Origin: Mobula hypostoma
Lineage: Eukaryota
Direction: 5' to 3'
Assembly (NCBI RefSeq): GCF_963921235.1
Contig: NC_086097.1
Coordinates: 136,712,001 to 136,776,000, forward strand
DNA: 64,000 bases
Shown: one piece after another, positions 62,541 through 64,000 of the stretch
Layout of the letters: each line of letters starts with the position of its first letter
How positions within the stretch are numbered: position 1 is the stretch's first letter
The notes under the pieces: model-generated
What the model saw: only the letters and a program-made list of their open reading frames with translations
Told to the model about the DNA's origin: nothing
Databases searched by the model: none
Made by a program: the position numbers and the translations under genes

Positions 62541-63439
62541 CTGAAAAAGATTAAACAGAGTTTACAACAAACAGTTTGAATACTAATTGATTGTAATGTA
62601 AAACAACGATGTCTGAAATAACCATCATGTTAAAAACAAGGTCAGAAAAGACAAAATTTATGGGGAAACAAGTTGAACACAAAACAGGATAAACTGCAAC
62701 GGGAAAGAAAAGAAAATTAAAATCATTTTAACTGACCGACTAGAAATAATGTGTGACGTATGTGAGGAATTTCTGAGAAACTGTTTAATTTATCTCTCCA
62801 CTTTCAGCAGTAGTTTCACCCTGGTCAATTTCTATGGCCGTCATCCATAACTCAAAGCCTAAATGGACCAAGTGATAGCAGAAACAACCTGAAGTGAGGG
62901 CTCTTCTATGCCCTCACTTCAGGAAGTCTGATCAACTGGCTGTACTTCTACTCTGAGTATAGGCAGAAACTGAAGACTGCAGCGCCAGTAGTGAGGACCA
63001 AGACGGTATGGAATGTGCAGACGAGAGCCACTGTCCCACAGCACCAACTACTGGGACTTATCTCAATTCAGGTGTGGAATTTGCATGCTCTTCTTGTGAC
63101 CATGCAAGTTTCCTCCCACCTTCCAAACAGGTGCACGACAGTGGCCACTGTAGATTGCCCAGTGTGTAGGTTAGGGGTAGAACCTGGGGAGATTTGATGG
63201 AATGTGAAGAAAATAGAATGGAGTTAGTGTAGGATTAATGTTAATGGATACTTGGAGTAGACTCATTGGTCAGAAGGATCAGTTTCCATGCTCTACGACT
63301 CTTACGAAGAAGCAAGTTTTAAGAAGGAAGAGGGGAAGGTAGAAGTTTAGGGAAAGAAGTTCAATGCTTGGGGCACAGGTTACTGGAAGACCAGTAGCCA
63401 ATGACACAGCAATGTAAACTAGACATTTACATTTGCAGT

Positions 63440-64000
63440 CTCTGGTGAATAAAATCGATGATCTCAGAGCTAGAGTGCTGAATCAGAGGGTCACAGGGAC
63501 CGCGTGTGTCCTTTGTTTCACAGAATCCTGATTAACCCCTTCCGTACCAGATGCAGCGATTCAGATCGACAGTTTTACTATACACGTCAAGATAGATCTA
63601 TAGAGTCTTTCAAAAGCAGAAATGAAGGAGTATGCCTCATTATCAACTCTTGGTGCACAAATAGATCAGTGCTGTCCCAATTCTGCTCACCAGAACTGGA
63701 ATATCTAGCAGTTAAGTGCCGTCCTTTTTACCTACTGGGGTCCTTTTAGTAGCAGGATACATTCCGCCTCAGGCCAATGTCAATCAGGCTTTAGATGATC
63801 TGAGCAATGGGATCAACATGCACGAAACAGCGCACCCTAACACCTTCACCATCATTTGGGGGATTTTAAACAGGCCAGTCTGAAAAAAATCACTAAGTAA
63901 TTACTATCAACTGATCACTTGCAATACTAGAGGAAACAACATACTGGACCATTGCCACACCACTATCAAGAATGCCTACCATGCTATTCCATGCCCTCAC
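63440..64000 (+). mobile_element. Rex1-like LINE endonuclease region (runs off the window)
   Basis: LCFTES, GVCL.IN.WC, SPELEYLAVKCRPFYL; close similarity to 39135-39390. Confidence 0.85.

Noticed and set aside
62736..62810. Possible MTBP exon 2
   Set aside because: The open frame ends in phase 2 at gtcagt whereas exon ~3 needs phase 1, and similarity is unconvincing. Upstream exons are probably beyond the window.

Overview
Vertebrate genomic DNA, most likely a cartilaginous fish (ray or shark). This is inferred from the repeat complement: HE1/V-SINE-like SINEs, CR1/HER1-like LINEs, Rex1-like LINEs and Penelope elements. The whole window lies inside one minus-strand gene, MTBP (Mdm2-binding protein; metazoan Sld7 orthologue and Treslin/TICRR partner). 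I reconstructed 18 consecutive coding exons by hand (62540 to 572; 2384 nt; all GT-AG; reading frame open and phases consistent). They correspond approximately to mammalian exons 3-20, with numbering from memory; the first and last exons were not found in the window. One intron (41707-44835) has a U12 minor-spliceosome donor. The introns are full of transposon relics: a near-intact Tc1 (DD34E) with one nonsense codon, a decayed Gypsy element, a probable solo LTR, Penelope, RTE, CR1 and Rex1-like LINEs, and many SINEs. The more unusual observations are an inverted, LINE-interrupted copy of almost an entire MTBP intron, a second intronic duplication, a candidate poison exon and Penelope hammerhead-ribozyme relics. 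I found no convincing evidence of a wholly new biological system. Repeat boundaries are by eye and approximate.
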